From Macrostomum lignano (lineage: Eukaryota), in NCBI GenBank assembly GCA_002269645.1, contig NIVC01000544.1, positions 62,001 to 126,000 on the forward strand: a stretch of DNA of 64,000 nt, in the 5' to 3' direction. Shown piece after piece: positions 1 through 12,990 of the stretch. The notes under the pieces are model-generated. The model did no database searches, was not told the DNA's origin, and saw only the letters and a program-made list of their open reading frames with translations. A program made the position numbers and the translations under genes. How positions within the stretch are numbered: position 1 is the stretch's first letter; every line of letters starts with the position of its first letter.

Positions 1-667
1 CAAAGAAGCAAGGACAAGGGGGCAAAGAAACAAAGACAAGGAGGCAAAGTAACAAGAGGTAAAGCAGTAGTTACAAAGCCACCAGGGATAAAAAAAGTAG
101 GAATAGAGGAATAGAGGATAGAGGAGCAGGGCTATAGCCAAGATAGAGAGATAAAGTTGCAACAAGAATGAGTAACAATAAGGCAATGGAGCATAGGGTA
201 AAGTAGGCTTAGCATAGGTTTGCATACAAATGACCCCTGTCAAAGTTGGCATACAAATTCTGGTATACAAAATTAGGCAATTTTTTGACATACAAATTCA
301 TGCCAATTTTTTGCATACAAACTTTGGTGAATAAATTTAGCTGTGCATGAAAATTATAATGTAATAAATTAACATTTTTACATAAAATAAAGGGTAACTT
401 GTATAATCTATAAAGTCAATACAGTGATTAACTTTTTTGCTTCTGTAAATTCAACAATAAAAAATTAGTAAAAATTATTGCTAAAATATAAATTTTGCAT
501 TAGTTTTAATATAGTTTATAATTTAAGTAATTTAAAATGAAAATATTTGTAATCATATTTTAAAAAGACTTTTCGTACAAAAGCCTTTCATAGAAAACTC
601 AACTTGTAAAAACCAAATTACTTTTTTAGGAGAAATTTTTGGCATACATTTTAGGGATTTTTTGCTC

Positions 668-1435
668 TTGACATATATGGTACAAACTAAATTGTAAGAA
701 TGGATGCGGATTACTTTTTTGGAATCAATACAGATATAAATAGCAAATGCAGAAAATCTCCAGATTTAGTTCTGCTGTTATAACATGGATTTATATTCTG
801 CTTTATTTCTATTTCTCTTTAAGCCCTATTTTCAGATAAATTGTTCTCATTTAAATTTATTGTAAAATAATAATGGAAAATCATTTTCTCTGTTTTCAAA
901 AGTAAAGCTGCTTCAAGATATGCTGCTAATATTAGAAAATACAAAATTTGATTAGGTTTGAAGTTATTTTTGTCACTAGATATAATAGAAAAATGTACGC
1001 ACATAACATGTGTACTTCCAGAGACCACAAGTGTATAAAGTTTAAGTTTGGATTCTAAATAGTTCGACTAGATAGTTCAAGTCTAGATTGACTAGTTTCT
1101 TGTTTTCATGTACTTATGCCAATTCCATAAAGTACATGTAAATCTCTTGATGATTTCCTCATCATGATTTGTTTTTGGAAATAGAGAATGATTTTCAGTC
1201 ATTATTTGCAATAAATTTAAATAATAAAAAATTCTAAAAAGTAAATAGAAATAGATAAAAAGCAGAATATAAATTAATGTTTTGACAGAACCTAAATCTG
1301 GAGATTTTTTGCATCTGCTATTTATATCCGCTTTGATTCTATAAAATAGTAATCTACATCTGTATCCGCATTTTAGTATGCGAATCCATTCCATATCCAT
1401 ATCTGTTTCTGCAGTTTAGTTGGTACTGACATATA
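668..1435. mobile_element. Degenerate foldback / MITE-like long inverted repeat
   Basis: About 668-902 is an imperfect reverse complement of about 1170-1435. For example GCAAATGCAGAAAATCTCCAGATTTAG pairs with CTAAATCTGGAGATTTTTTGCATCTGC, and ATTTAAATTTATTGTAAAATAAT pairs with ATTATTTGCAATAAATTTAAAT. No TSD resolved. Confidence 0.55.
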
Positions 1436-2679
1436 CTGGTTTATCATAGTCAGGATCATGCTATGTGTCCACCAGAAGCCAACCCAAATTTTTTGTCGGT
1501 ATGCACCAGGTACTCCAGCCAAAATAATGCACAAGTGCACTAGGTACACCAGTCCTAAATCCTAATCTTAATGTAAAAAAATGCACGATATACACAAAAT
1601 CACAATATATTATAAACATACATGCCCAACCTCAAAATTTCACCCGTCCAGTGCAACTTAGATTTATGACTTACCTATGCACCACCACACTGAAAGACCG
1701 GGGGGGGGGGTGGCATGTGTTGCTACCTGTGAAAAATGAAAGTATCTCATTTCTCTTCTCTTTTCCTACCTTCACTCTCTTTCCTGATTGATTTATCAAT
1801 TACTTATTCACTTATGCAGTACTAAACTGCACTGTAGCCTGTACCCTGTAGGCTATACTCCCTATATACTGTACTATATGTCTGGCAAACTAACTTGTAT
1901 TCATATATATAGGTGTACATTCTTTGAGTCATTATATACTTCACTTAAAGATAGACCTGCACCTGACTATGTATTGAATCTTGCACATGAATGGGATGAA
2001 AATGGCCATGAAGACTATTCCATCAACTAGTGTCCCCTTTCTGCAGCTGAAGAGCGAAAGCCATTGCTCTTTACACGATGGAGTTGTGGTGCACATTGGA
2101 TATTAGAAGAAAATTACCAGCAATCCTAAGTGCAGCCTGCGGGATCAGGTGATAGTGCAGCTGCAGCACATTCAAGGGAATTAGAAGCACCACCATCCCA
2201 ATGTTCAGCAAGCTTACACAGAGAGGGACTGTTAATGGCAGTGCATAATCCAGAGGTTGTTGCTTTTAATAGAGATCTATCTATGCAGAATGCAAAAAAT
2301 TGAAATTCATGGTGCAGATGCAACAACATTACTCTTCTCGAGTAATGTCAGCTGAAAGAGAAGCTGTTTTTGAAATAAAGAAGAAACTAGAAGTCTTGAG
2401 ACAGAATTTGTATGACAGTGCATTGCTCATGCTGAATCTATTGCTATAGAATCTTGACCATCAACTGATGCTGGTACTGAAGCGCGGATCCAACCACAAC
2501 ACAGCCATTCATTTGGACAGATTTGGAGACTGAGACTGATGGCCAAAGAAGTGAGAGTCCTCCAAGTAAAAGATATATTTGTAGTTTATCAAAAGGGATT
2601 TTGATGAAGTTCAGTCTCATGAAGAGATTTTGATAGAGTTCATTTTTATGGAGATGGATTTGGCACATTAAATGAGTCA

Positions 2680-3420
2680 GAGAAGAGAAAGTATAGAGAA
2701 GAGTGAACAAATAGAGGAGAGATGATAGAAAAGAGAGTAGATATGAGAGAGGACAGATTAGAGATGACAGATGGGAGAGAAGAAGGGAGTAAGGCAGGAA
2801 TGAAGAGGGAGAGAGAAGAGAAAAGGAGAGAGGAGATGAGAGAGGAGTTATGAGATAGCAGAGAGGAGACAGGAGAGATGAGAGAAGAAAGGAGGGATAA
2901 GAGCATACAGCTGAAATAAAAGAGAGGAGAGAGATGAAAGATCAGAGATGAGAGAGTTAAGAGAAGAAAGAAGTGAGGAGAAAGAAAGAGGGTAAAGGTA
3001 AGAGTGCAGAGAGGACAGATGAAAGATGCGATGAGAAAAGATATGATTGAGAAAATAAGAGAGAGAAGATATTAGAGATTAGAGAAGAGAAGAGACAAAG
3101 GGGAGAAGATAGAATCGAGATAGTAGAAAGGAAGCAAGAAAGATGGGAGATAAGAAAGGAGAGGGTATACGAGATATGATAAATGAGAGCAGAGAGGAGA
3201 GAGAAAAGAGAAGAGAGAGGGTATAGGACAGACGATAGATAAGTGAGTAGAGATGAGATATGAGAGAGGAGAGAAGAGGGGAGAAATAAGAGAGAAGAGA
3301 GGAGACAGGAGACAGGAGAGGGTACAGACGAAACACGAGGGAGAAGAGATAAATAAAGAGGTAGAGGAGGAGGGAGAAGAGAGTAACGGCGAGAGTGCAG
3401 AGAGGAGACATGAGAGTCTG
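2680..3420. repeat. GA-rich (polypurine) low-complexity tract
   Basis: Almost purely A/G on the + strand. The Leu/Ser-rich and Arg/Glu-rich ORFs here are compositional artefacts. Confidence 0.85.
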
Positions 3421-3526
3421 AGTCTGGACAATGGAAGTCAGTTTTTGCAAACAGGGAAAAAAAGATATAGTATTTGAAAGGCTTTACAGAGGATTTTAAG
3501 ACAATTTAGAATATGGGATTCAAGAC

Positions 3527-4055
3527 AACTTAGTTTCTCTCGACTGCAACTTAGTTTCTCCCGATTGCGACTTAGTTCCTCCCGATTGCGACTTAGTTCC
3601 TCCAGATTGTGACTAAGTTCCTCCTGATTGCGACTAAGTTCTTCCCAATTGCGACTAAGTTCCTCCCGATTGCGACTTAGTTCCTCTCGATTGCGACTAA
3701 GTTCTTCCTGATTGCGACTTAGTTCCTCTCGATTGCGACTTAGTTCCTCCCGATTGCGACTTAGTTCCTCCCGATTGCGACTTAGTTCCTCTCAATTGCG
3801 ACTTAGTTCCTCCCGATTACGACTTAGTTCCTCCCGATTGCGACTTAGTTCCTCTCAATTGTGACTTAGTTCCTCTCAATTGTGACTTAGTTCCTCCAGA
3901 TTACGATTTAGTTCCTCCCGATGGCGACTTAGTTCCTCTCAATTGCGACTTAGTTCCTCTCAATTGCGACTTAGTTCCTCCCGATTACAACTTAGTTCCT
4001 CCCGATTGCGACTTAGTTCCTCCCGATTACAACTTAGTTCCTCCCAATTGCAACT
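3527..4055. repeat. 21-bp minisatellite (GATTGCGACTTAGTTCCTCCC)n
   Basis: Period of 21 read directly from the sequence, about 25 copies. Confidence 0.95.
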
Positions 4056-4079
4056 TAATTTCACTTTGTAAATGAATTT

Positions 4080-4200
4080 TCTTGCCTTTTTCTCTTTCTT
4101 TCTCCTCTTTCCCCTTCTCTTTCTTCCCTCCTTTCTTTTCCTTTTCTTTTTCTCTCCTTTCTTCTCCCAATTTTTCGTTTTTTGCGTTTTTGATTTTGCG
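4080..4200. repeat. CT-rich low-complexity tract
   Basis: Polypyrimidine run on the + strand. Confidence 0.7.
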
Positions 4201-7200
4201 ACTTATCTTGGCCAGCGGCCATTTCACCTGTCCAGTTCGGACAGGTCGGACGGGTGTTGGGCATGTATGATTGTAAATTGTAATGTTTTGTGTAATTGCA
4301 AGTAAATATTAGGCTTATAAAATGAAAATTTGAAGATTCATGTTTTTAATATCAAAAATAAAGAATAAAAAGGAGAAATAAAACACGATTTAAAGAATAT
4401 TTCAAATGAAACAATGGTTTTCAATTGTCATAACAATATATTTGCAAAATCATTGTTAAACTTTGTGCAAAATTTCACACTTCATGTACTTTATGTTCTT
4501 TAATTTTTTCTTTTGTAGTGGTCATGGCGTAGCCTTCTCTAGTGTGCCCCATGCATGTGCACCATGCAGTGTGTGCCATGTATGTGTGCCATGCAGGGTA
4601 CGCCAATTTTATATACACCAAGGTGTACACTAGAAGATCCTTTCAAAAATTTTGTGCACCAAGTGTATGCCAGCTATCCCGAATGTGTGCCAGAAATTTC
4701 CAGCATACATGACATGATCTTGATGAGTATGGCTGGTTTGTATTAAGCTAAGATAGGATTTTTGTTCAAATGTATATTACCACATAATCAAGACCTTAGG
4801 GGCATAGGAGCAGGACAAAAAATATTTATTACCTAGTCAACCTATCTTATATTACTTCCCCCCCCCCCAATAGAAAATCCTATATCTGACACTGAGCCAT
4901 ACTTACAGAGCATAGTTAAAAAGAAAGGGGAATATTTAATAGCCAATAAGCTTAAATTATCAATATAAATAATAAAATGTTGAAATACAATATTTGCCCA
5001 AGCCAAAGCACTTAAATCAAACTAAAAAAACAAATGTTCCAGCCAAAGAGCCCATAGTCAGTCAGGAAGGTGTCCGTACGCAAGAATATTCCCGCGTACA
5101 CTTGGCCATTAGAATCAGTTTCAGCATACAGATCTTCAGAGAACTGGTGTATCTGCGTATCTGCGTACATACACAACAGAACAACAAAATCGGCGTACCA
5201 ATTTTACTGGCAGCATCATAACCACTGTCCGCATACATAAGCAAGCACTGTGACCTTTTTTACAAATCATATTCAATCTCATTTGCATTGTATTGTGTCT
5301 TTGCTGATTTATAGATCCTGACTATGGCAAAGAGCCAAATATATCAACATTTTTTAGGCCTATCAAAGTTTACCATTACCAATCAATACCTTCTGGATTA
5401 TATTGCATAACAGTAACATAGCTAACACTACATATGAAAACATATTCAATTTTAAAATGTAAATCTATTTAAAAAATTGAAGATTAGATACTCATATACT
5501 ATAAAACATTTTGGGCATTCAAATGATTCAATATCAGATGAATGGAATAAAAGTACAATAACAATAGCAATGAAATAGATCATAGATGCCAATCATCAAG
5601 ATAAGATCCAATGGACAAATACACCTTTCTCTTTAGTATATCAATCACCATAGCTTACAAATACGATATAGCCTATGATATTTCAAGATTAAATAGTTTC
5701 GTTAAGTCTAATTTGCAATGGTATTTATTTACATAAGAGTTTTATATCAATGATATTCACTGTGTATATGGAGCGGAGGGTTCGATCGTTTCCTGCAAAT
5801 TAATTTGAAATGCTTTTTAAATACCGAACATTATTAACAAATCTTTAATTTCTGAAAACAGGCACATTTAAAACAAAACGTCCTTTTCGTCTCTCCTCTA
5901 GCATCGTACTCCCACAATTTTATGCATTTGTGAAAGCTGCGCTTTTCAAATCATTAAATCATTAAATCATTAAATCATTAAACAATTTCACATCATTAAA
6001 GCGCGAAAGCGCAGCTTTTTTGACCAGGCTATACGAGTAAGCCTGGACTTTTTGAGCTTTTTCCCAGCCTAGCCTATTGCCGTCGGGTGGCATTCTCCGT
6101 GTTGTAATGTATTTTTTCGGTGAAACTTACCTATTTTAAACATTTTTCAAATAACGTAGTTTCCTGACATGTTTGAAGTTTAAAAATCTAGCATATAGTA
6201 AAGAGCATTTTTATAATAGGTTTGGAAATTGATTTTGGATGATAGGGAGATTCGGGTTGTTCTGATTAATTTCGTAATTTTAATTCGCGCACTTCAATTC
6301 TAATTTCGAGCAAAACATCCTTGCGGGGTCCTCCGGCCATTCCGGGATAGGGGTCTGGTAAGCTTTTTCGCTCAAATGTTCGCTTGTGTTTGCAAGGTCT
6401 GTATACACCACCAAGATAGATTGAATGTTTAAACCATCGACAATCTATCATCTATCTATCTATCTATCTAAACAGTCTTCTGAGAAAAAAATAAGTAACT
6501 GACAACACCAAAACACCCGCACTGGAGTTGCACCAGCACCGCTCTCGCGTGGCCAAACCGGGACCTCCAGACGCTGATAGACGGACGTACCAACAACAGG
6601 ACAGGTCCCTAGAACTACCACCGTAACCGCACTGTTTCTTTTACCGTACTCGGGATGAGACTCGAGGTATAACAACTTTAAGTCTCGCCCGCAAGCACAA
6701 CCGAACCTCGCCGGACTATGAATTGCAACGACGAGCGACGTGATTCTCGACAAAAGAAAGTTGACCCAATTGCGCTCTTGCCGTCGAGGCTCTACCGAAT
6801 GATGCGTCCCAACAAGTCACTCGATCGCCTAGCTGGAAAGAAACAATCTTTCGGTCTGCCCTGCACCTTGGGTATAACGTACTGCATGGCGTATGTGCCG
6901 AAGAGTGTGACCCACAAAAACCCGAGCAGCTAGAATCTTCATCCTACCAGCTGAACCATTCATGCGAGTTAAAGAAAATGCGGCGGCCTGGGACACGTAC
7001 TGGACACAGCACACAGGACACAATGGAGAGCCATGCACATGCTACTGCATGTACGTACGCATGCTCAAAACTGCGGATAAACTTTATGTACAAAAGATCT
7101 CCATCAACGACGTCGATCAAGCCCCCCCCCCCTGAAGAAATGCTGGCAGCTGGGCTACCGCGCTGTGCCTCGATGGACCATGCAGGGGAAGCGGTTCTTC

Positions 7201-9314
7201 AACATATCTACGGGTGGACGTCAGGAAGAGTTTGCGAAGGCTGAACCACCAACTAAAGAAACCTACTGGATTCGAGAACACTGGTGAGCTCCTTCATGCC
7301 TGTACTTTTCTTACTGTAGGGTCACAAAACCCACAAAACAACCCTCATGGGACCAATGTTGTCATAGACTTTCAGTCTAATGCCCATGCAGCCCATTGAT
7401 CAGATCAGTGACAGTCATCGGAGCAGTTAGGTGACAAAACATATGGGGCAATGCATCCTTGCTGAGGACGCAAAGTGCGCTACATGCATGACACATGCGA
7501 TTTTAATGAGGCACCAAGGATGTTTAGCCACAGAGAAATGACGGCAAGCAGCGAACCAACGTCTTTGCCTACCGTTAGCGTTATCATTAGGGCATACAAG
7601 ATGTCCAAAATCAGGATCAAGCTGCTTTGTGTTCAAGAAATTGATACGGGAGTGCATGGTCTGTGACCAGGCATTTCCACCTCAAAAGCAACAAATGAAG
7701 ACATCGCATGCTTTCTGTACATGCAAGTACCTCCCTCACTTCTTAGGAGAGCTAAGCCAGATGAGTCGCAGGGTCGGGATGCATGTGCTCAGGAGCTCAA
7801 CACGGATGGGGTCTGCGATCAGACATATCCCCACCTGCTACTGCAGCATCAATTCAGGTGCCAGCCTACAGTGCTCAATCACTGATCTTACATGACACCC
7901 TCGAAAAAATAGTTCAGATGCATTCGCGGTTCAACGAGGCCACTAGAGACCGACGCACATGCGGTCGACTCCAGCCTTGATGAGGGTCAGCCTGACCAAC
8001 CCTAGCAGTCTTCAGACAAGCCACTAATTACCACACCACCATCTTCTGTGGTCATCCACAAAGGAAAATTGTAAATTGTCCTCCGTGGTTAAGCAGACAG
8101 TAGCGATATTAGATGAAACCCTGTCATAGCCAGCACCGGAGCACCCGGAGATCCATTTTTAAATCTTTCCTAACTTGAGAGCTGAAAAATTAATCAAGAT
8201 TCCTATGGGACCAGGAGTCCAGGACCTTCTAAGACAGTTTGAAGGCGTTATCGACAAGCAGTTGACCACAATCTTCAATCATTGTGGTACTCGTAGAGCC
8301 TTTCCCAAAGCCAAGGTCTACACGGCAGATCAGGTAGTTGCTACATGACGATGCACCTCACAACCTCCGGCAAGCAGCGCAAAAAGTAAACCGCCACCTC
8401 CGCACTCTCAACAAGAACATCCATACTGTTCTGTCAGCAGGTAGTCTATCCTTCTGTCCCAACCATATCTTCACAAAAGCGTTCCGTACTGCCTAAAAGA
8501 GCCTAAAAAACTAAACAGGACAGAGACTGTCAGCAGCAGCTCTGTGCTCAACCTATCTACATGTACGCTCGTATAGTTGCACTCTGTCTTAAAACGAAAC
8601 TTAAGTTTTAGAAATGGGGAAAAATTTTGTGCCAGCCTCTTTGCGGATGGATTCTGAATCTCTTTTTGAGGTCCGTCAGGAACTTCAAACAGCAAATCGC
8701 GTTGAACTCCCTTCTTCAGCGCCGAACCTGTGCTTTCACACTGCACGCAACAGGACGCGCCTCAATTCCTAACATCAATCTGGAGAAGTGGCAGTCACAC
8801 AAACAGGCAATGGACAAAGTCAGAATATAACAGGCTTTATTTCCCCGTTATCTTCTGCTCACATCATGCCAGAAAGACTTTCCAACACACTGGCGTCCAG
8901 GGGCCCTATAATGAGTGCTGAGGCTCACATCTCCGAATTCTCTGTACCGCAAATCATTCAAGACAGTGTATTTTATAGTCAAGCAAGCAAACCGGTTTAG
9001 TTGACAAAATGCAGAGCCATGCATTGTTTAAGCGGGGCGCAGGGTTATCGCCGAGCAGTTTTTCTCTGTCTCTTTGCTAGGCAGCCATTCCCCCCCCCCA
9101 AAGCATTGCTGCGAGTCTACTGTGTCACGCGTTCGCAGGCTGCTAGCTTGGCCCTCAAACCTCGGCTTTTGTTATTTGTTCTTTAGTGTAAAGCTGGTCT
9201 GGCTGGATAGCCCCGGTCGAGACGAGAGGAGGTAATTGCTTTTCGCTTCGATGTAAGCACTTTTCCTGTGCTTACACAGAATCCATGAACTCCTGAAGTC
9301 GTCTTCAACAAACC

Positions 9315-10290
9315 AAATTTGCCACAGGACCTTCGACATGCACTGCAAAGTCTCCGCAACAACAAAAGTATTGTCATTAAGCCTGCCGACAAAGGCAGTA
9401 ACCTGGTAGTTCTAAACCGCGAAGATTACATAGCTCGTAATAGAAGCCAACAGACAAATTTCTAATTCAAACCTCAGCAAATTACAAAGGAACAAAACTT
9501 CTTCATTAGAGACACTACTGATCACTTCCAAGCAGTTCTTCATGACTTGACGTACGGCAAAGAGGAGAACGTTTTCCAGGTCACAATTATGGATGTAGAA
9601 TCCTTGTATACGAACATCCCTACGGAATTAAGTCTGTTACAGACGCTTTTAAAAATTTTCCTGAACAATTAAGCCTGGCAAGAAATTATTGGAGCTCCTT
9701 GACATCAACCTGACTAAAAATGACACAGTATTCAATGAAAAACGCTTTTTCAGGTTAATTGCACAAGCATAAGAAAATCAATTTCGCCCTCCAATGCCAA
9801 TATTTTTATGTCTGATTGGGACTCTAAAGCTCTGAACACAGCTCCATTTGCCCCGCATATCTTTACAAATGCTAAATTGATGATATATCATCATGACTTT
9901 CATCGGGACGGAGGCACAGCTGGAGCAACTGCACAGATTGCAGACATCTGAACAGCTGTGATAATAACACGCCTCACGATGCAGTACAGTAGAGACAAAA
10001 TCAACTTTTTGGACTGCAGTGTCTCTCTGACTAACGAAAACAACAGGAAGAGATTGATCTGCTCGGTCTACTTCAAGCCCTCGGAATCCCACCTTTATTG
10101 AACCCGAATTAATTTCTTGCCAAACACACCTTTAAAGGTAACATGAATTCCCATTTTCTTCGTTATGCTCGCCGTTGCACCTTCAAAGAGCTGACTTTGG
10201 TCGGGCCATGCAGCAGCAGCCTGATGAGCATCCTAAAAAAGCAGGACATTTTATCCATTCGATCCGAGACGGTAAAAAGTCAGCTCTCAC
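9315..10290 (+). pseudogene. PLE reverse transcriptase, disrupted
   Basis: KPADKG, IRDTTDHF, MDVESLYTNIP, a degenerate IDDI catalytic region, INFLDC and VYFKP. Contains many stops, frameshifts and deletions. Confidence 0.85.
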
Positions 10291-10391
10291 ACAATTTGGA
10301 TTTTACATAGATTTTCTGTGAGATTTCGGCTTCCAAGACTGCACGGCTACTTTGGCCAAGTCTGTCCGGGTTCCGTAGCAACTAAAATGGT

Positions 10392-12635
10392 TTACAACAA
10401 CAATAACAACAACAACAAAATACGCGACCCCGCATGCAAAGTCACAGTGAGAGCAGGGCGCGTCAGATGGCGCGCCGCAGAGCCTGGGAGCGAACAAAGT
10501 CCGCTCCGTTGGCAGTGTCGGGCGCCCTGGCGTCGCACAGCAGGCAGTCCACGTATCGACGGGTTCGGGCCTGACCCCGCCTGAACGGACCCTGCAAGGT
10601 GAGCAGCAGGACGTCCTGAACAGGTTGGGGGCAGTAGCCCTCGGCCCGGATCACGTGGCCAGCCAGTTGAAGTCGCCGCCGGCGCAGGATGGTGGACGGG
10701 CGCTGCAGTTTGGCCCGATCGTACAGGGCCTCGGTCCCGACGCTCTCGTCAGCTCGAAAGGCCGCACGGAGCAGCCCTGAGTGCGCCGAGTCCAGCTGCC
10801 GCTCCAGCGTAGCCGTCAGCGTCCACGTCTCGGCGTTGTATAGCAGGACGGTTTCGACCACCGCCTGCCACAGCCGAGCCCTCTGGCGGTCGGGCAGCGC
10901 TTCGGACTGGAGGACGGCTCGGATTGAAAAGTCCTCTGCGCCGTTGGAGGTCCTCTTCCACGTGGGGCACCAGACCGCCGAGGTAGGTGAACCGCTGGCA
11001 GCGTGCGAGCCTGGTCGTCTGCCCATCTGCGCCGCGGCACGTCAGGTCCGCTGTGATGCCGGCCGGCACAGTCAGCACCTCGGTCTTCAGCGTGTTGACG
11101 ATCAGACCGACGCTCGATGCCACCTCGACCAGCCTGTCGATCTGGCGCTGGGCGCCTTCAACGGATTACAGTCGTTTCGGTGACAAGACGTTTCGGTGAC
11201 AGTCCTTTCGGTGACAAGCAAAAGTCATTTCGGTGACAAGAAAAATACAATTTTAGTTATAGCCATTCTGTCTTTAAACAAAAAATTACTTAGAAAATCT
11301 TAAGGGATATTGAGCCTAAATTTTTATATTCTTTAAACAGTTAAGTATTTCTGTATTTAATTTTGTTTATTTACAATTATAGAGTTGCGGTCTTTTGAAT
11401 TATGTTTTCCAATTTAAACATGCAAAAGCGTCGACGAGTGAATATCTCCGCCTTTCTCGTGGTCTGCATTTCATGAGGATTCTCTCTAGGTTTATGGTTT
11501 ATGTGTCTGAACACTCTGGGACAATTCAAAACGATCTGCACAGGAAGAAAACAATAAAATTAGTTTGCTTTCTTTTCTTAAATATATTCTTTCGACGAAA
11601 CTTTTTAAATATATTACGAAACATAAATCTTAACAAAATAACTACAACTGAATATTATGAAACGCCTCTTATCACTAAAATAACAATACTCATGAAATCT
11701 TTGATTTTTCATTGAAAATGAAGTGTGTCTATCACAATTGCAACTTGTCACCGAAACGACTATTTGTCACCGAAACGTCTGTCACCGAAACGTATTGTCA
11801 CCGAAACGACTGGTACCCCCTTCAACGGACGAGGACAGGAGGGCGAGGTCGTCGGCGTAGCCAAGCACGCTTAGGCGCTTTTCGCCGTGGCGGCGACCGA
11901 TGCGTCTGCGCAGCAGGAAGCCGTCATTAGCCGAGGGGAGTGCGGTCCGAAGCACCCAGTCCAGCAGCAGCACGAAGAGGAACGGCGCTAGCATGTCGCC
12001 CTGCAGAACTCCTGATGAAGTATCAAACAGGTCAGACAGGCCGTCCGCCGTCACCACAGCAGCTCGAGTATCGCAATACAGCGCCATGACAGCGTTGATT
12101 AGCTGCTGGGGTACCCGGTAGGCTCGAAGGACAAAGGGGAGCGCGGCTCTCAACACCGAGTCAACGAAGACAATTATCAGCGTAGACTGGCGGATACGCG
12201 CCTCCTCGATGACACGGCGGAGTGCGAGGATCTGTGTCACTGTACCGCGTTGCGGCCGGAATCCGTTCTGCTCGTACCGCAAGTACGTGTCCAGCACCGA
12301 CTGCAGACGATCGAGCAGCAGCCGGTTGAAAAGCTTCACGGTGCAGGACATCAGCGAGATCCTGCGGTGGTTTTTCTTCCGCGTTGTCCCTGCCTTCGGT
12401 ATCGGCACGATGTGCGCGACGGTCCACTCGGTAGGCGCAGGAGCGCCGGCGAGCACGCGGTTCATGACGCCTGTGACCTGGGAGGCCACACAGCGGAGCC
12501 GCAGCGCTTCAACCGGGACTTCGTCGGGGCCGAGCGCCTTGCCGCCTGATGTTTTCCGAGCGAACAGCACAACGTCCTCCGTGGAGACTGGTCTGGTGCA
12601 GAAGTCCTCCTCAGCCTGGAGCGGCGTGTCCAGTG
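10392..12635 (-). mobile_element. 5'-truncated RTE-clade non-LTR retrotransposon, split by a DNA transposon
   Basis: RT motifs GPDEVP, WTVAHIVPIPK, QNGFRPQR, GVLQGDMLAPFLF and YADDLAL (ORF 11782-12570). They continue after the insert as VGLIVNTLKTEV...FTYLG and LLYNAETWTLT...QLAGHVIR. A (TTG)n-type 3' tail lies at ~10392-10416. GC content is much higher than the flanks. Confidence 0.9.
11163..11818. mobile_element. 656-bp non-autonomous DNA transposon with 8-bp TSD
   Basis: Direct repeat CCTTCAAC at 11155-11162 and 11819-11826. Ends read GGATTACAGTCG... and ...CGACTGGTACCC. Four TTTCGGTGACA units sit at each end in inverted orientation. Removing the insert restores the RT frame (SSSVEG|AQRQIDRL). 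Confidence 0.9.
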
Positions 12636-12649
12636 GGAGCGCAAAGCTT

Positions 12650-12990
12650 TACAGAACTTGTCAGAAGATCCTCTGCGACTCCAGGTGCGCGGTCTACACT
12701 ATTCTTTGCAACACCTGTAATGGCCGTTGCAACTATGTCGGCGTAACAGGTAAAGCAATCAAGGTCAGACTTTAGGCGCACTTGAGTGATATCAGGCTTG
12801 CTAAGGACACCCCTGTTAGCAGGCATTTTTGCTCTCCCAATGACTGCCTCGATAATCTTGGCTTCATGAGGCTCTGGTATCTATAGTACCTAAGAGCAAG
12901 ACCAGCAAAGAAGGAGCGAAACGCAGACGCAGGGTCAAGGAACAGAAACTCATCTCCCTGCTGAGCACGCAGTCACCTGCTGGCCTCAAC
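12650..12990 (+). pseudogene. PLE GIY-YIG endonuclease, disrupted
   Basis: CDSRCAVYTILCNTCNGRCNYVGVTGKAIKVRL*AHLSDIR...PVSRHF...KEQKLISLLSTQSPAGLN matches the PLE VYxIxCxxC..YVGxT..R..H...GLN pattern. Confidence 0.85.

Noticed and set aside
2030-2640. GC-elevated stretch with a VHCSC-like string, suggesting a hAT transposase remnant
   Set aside because: No continuous frame or second motif, so it cannot be told apart from chance.
2646-4305. Leu/Ser-rich and Arg/Glu/Lys-rich ORFs
   Set aside because: These are translations of GA/CT low-complexity DNA.
5062-5244. ORF starting MLMYADSGYD, resembling a Harbinger/IS5 DSGY motif
   Set aside because: Only one 4-residue match and no other DDE context.
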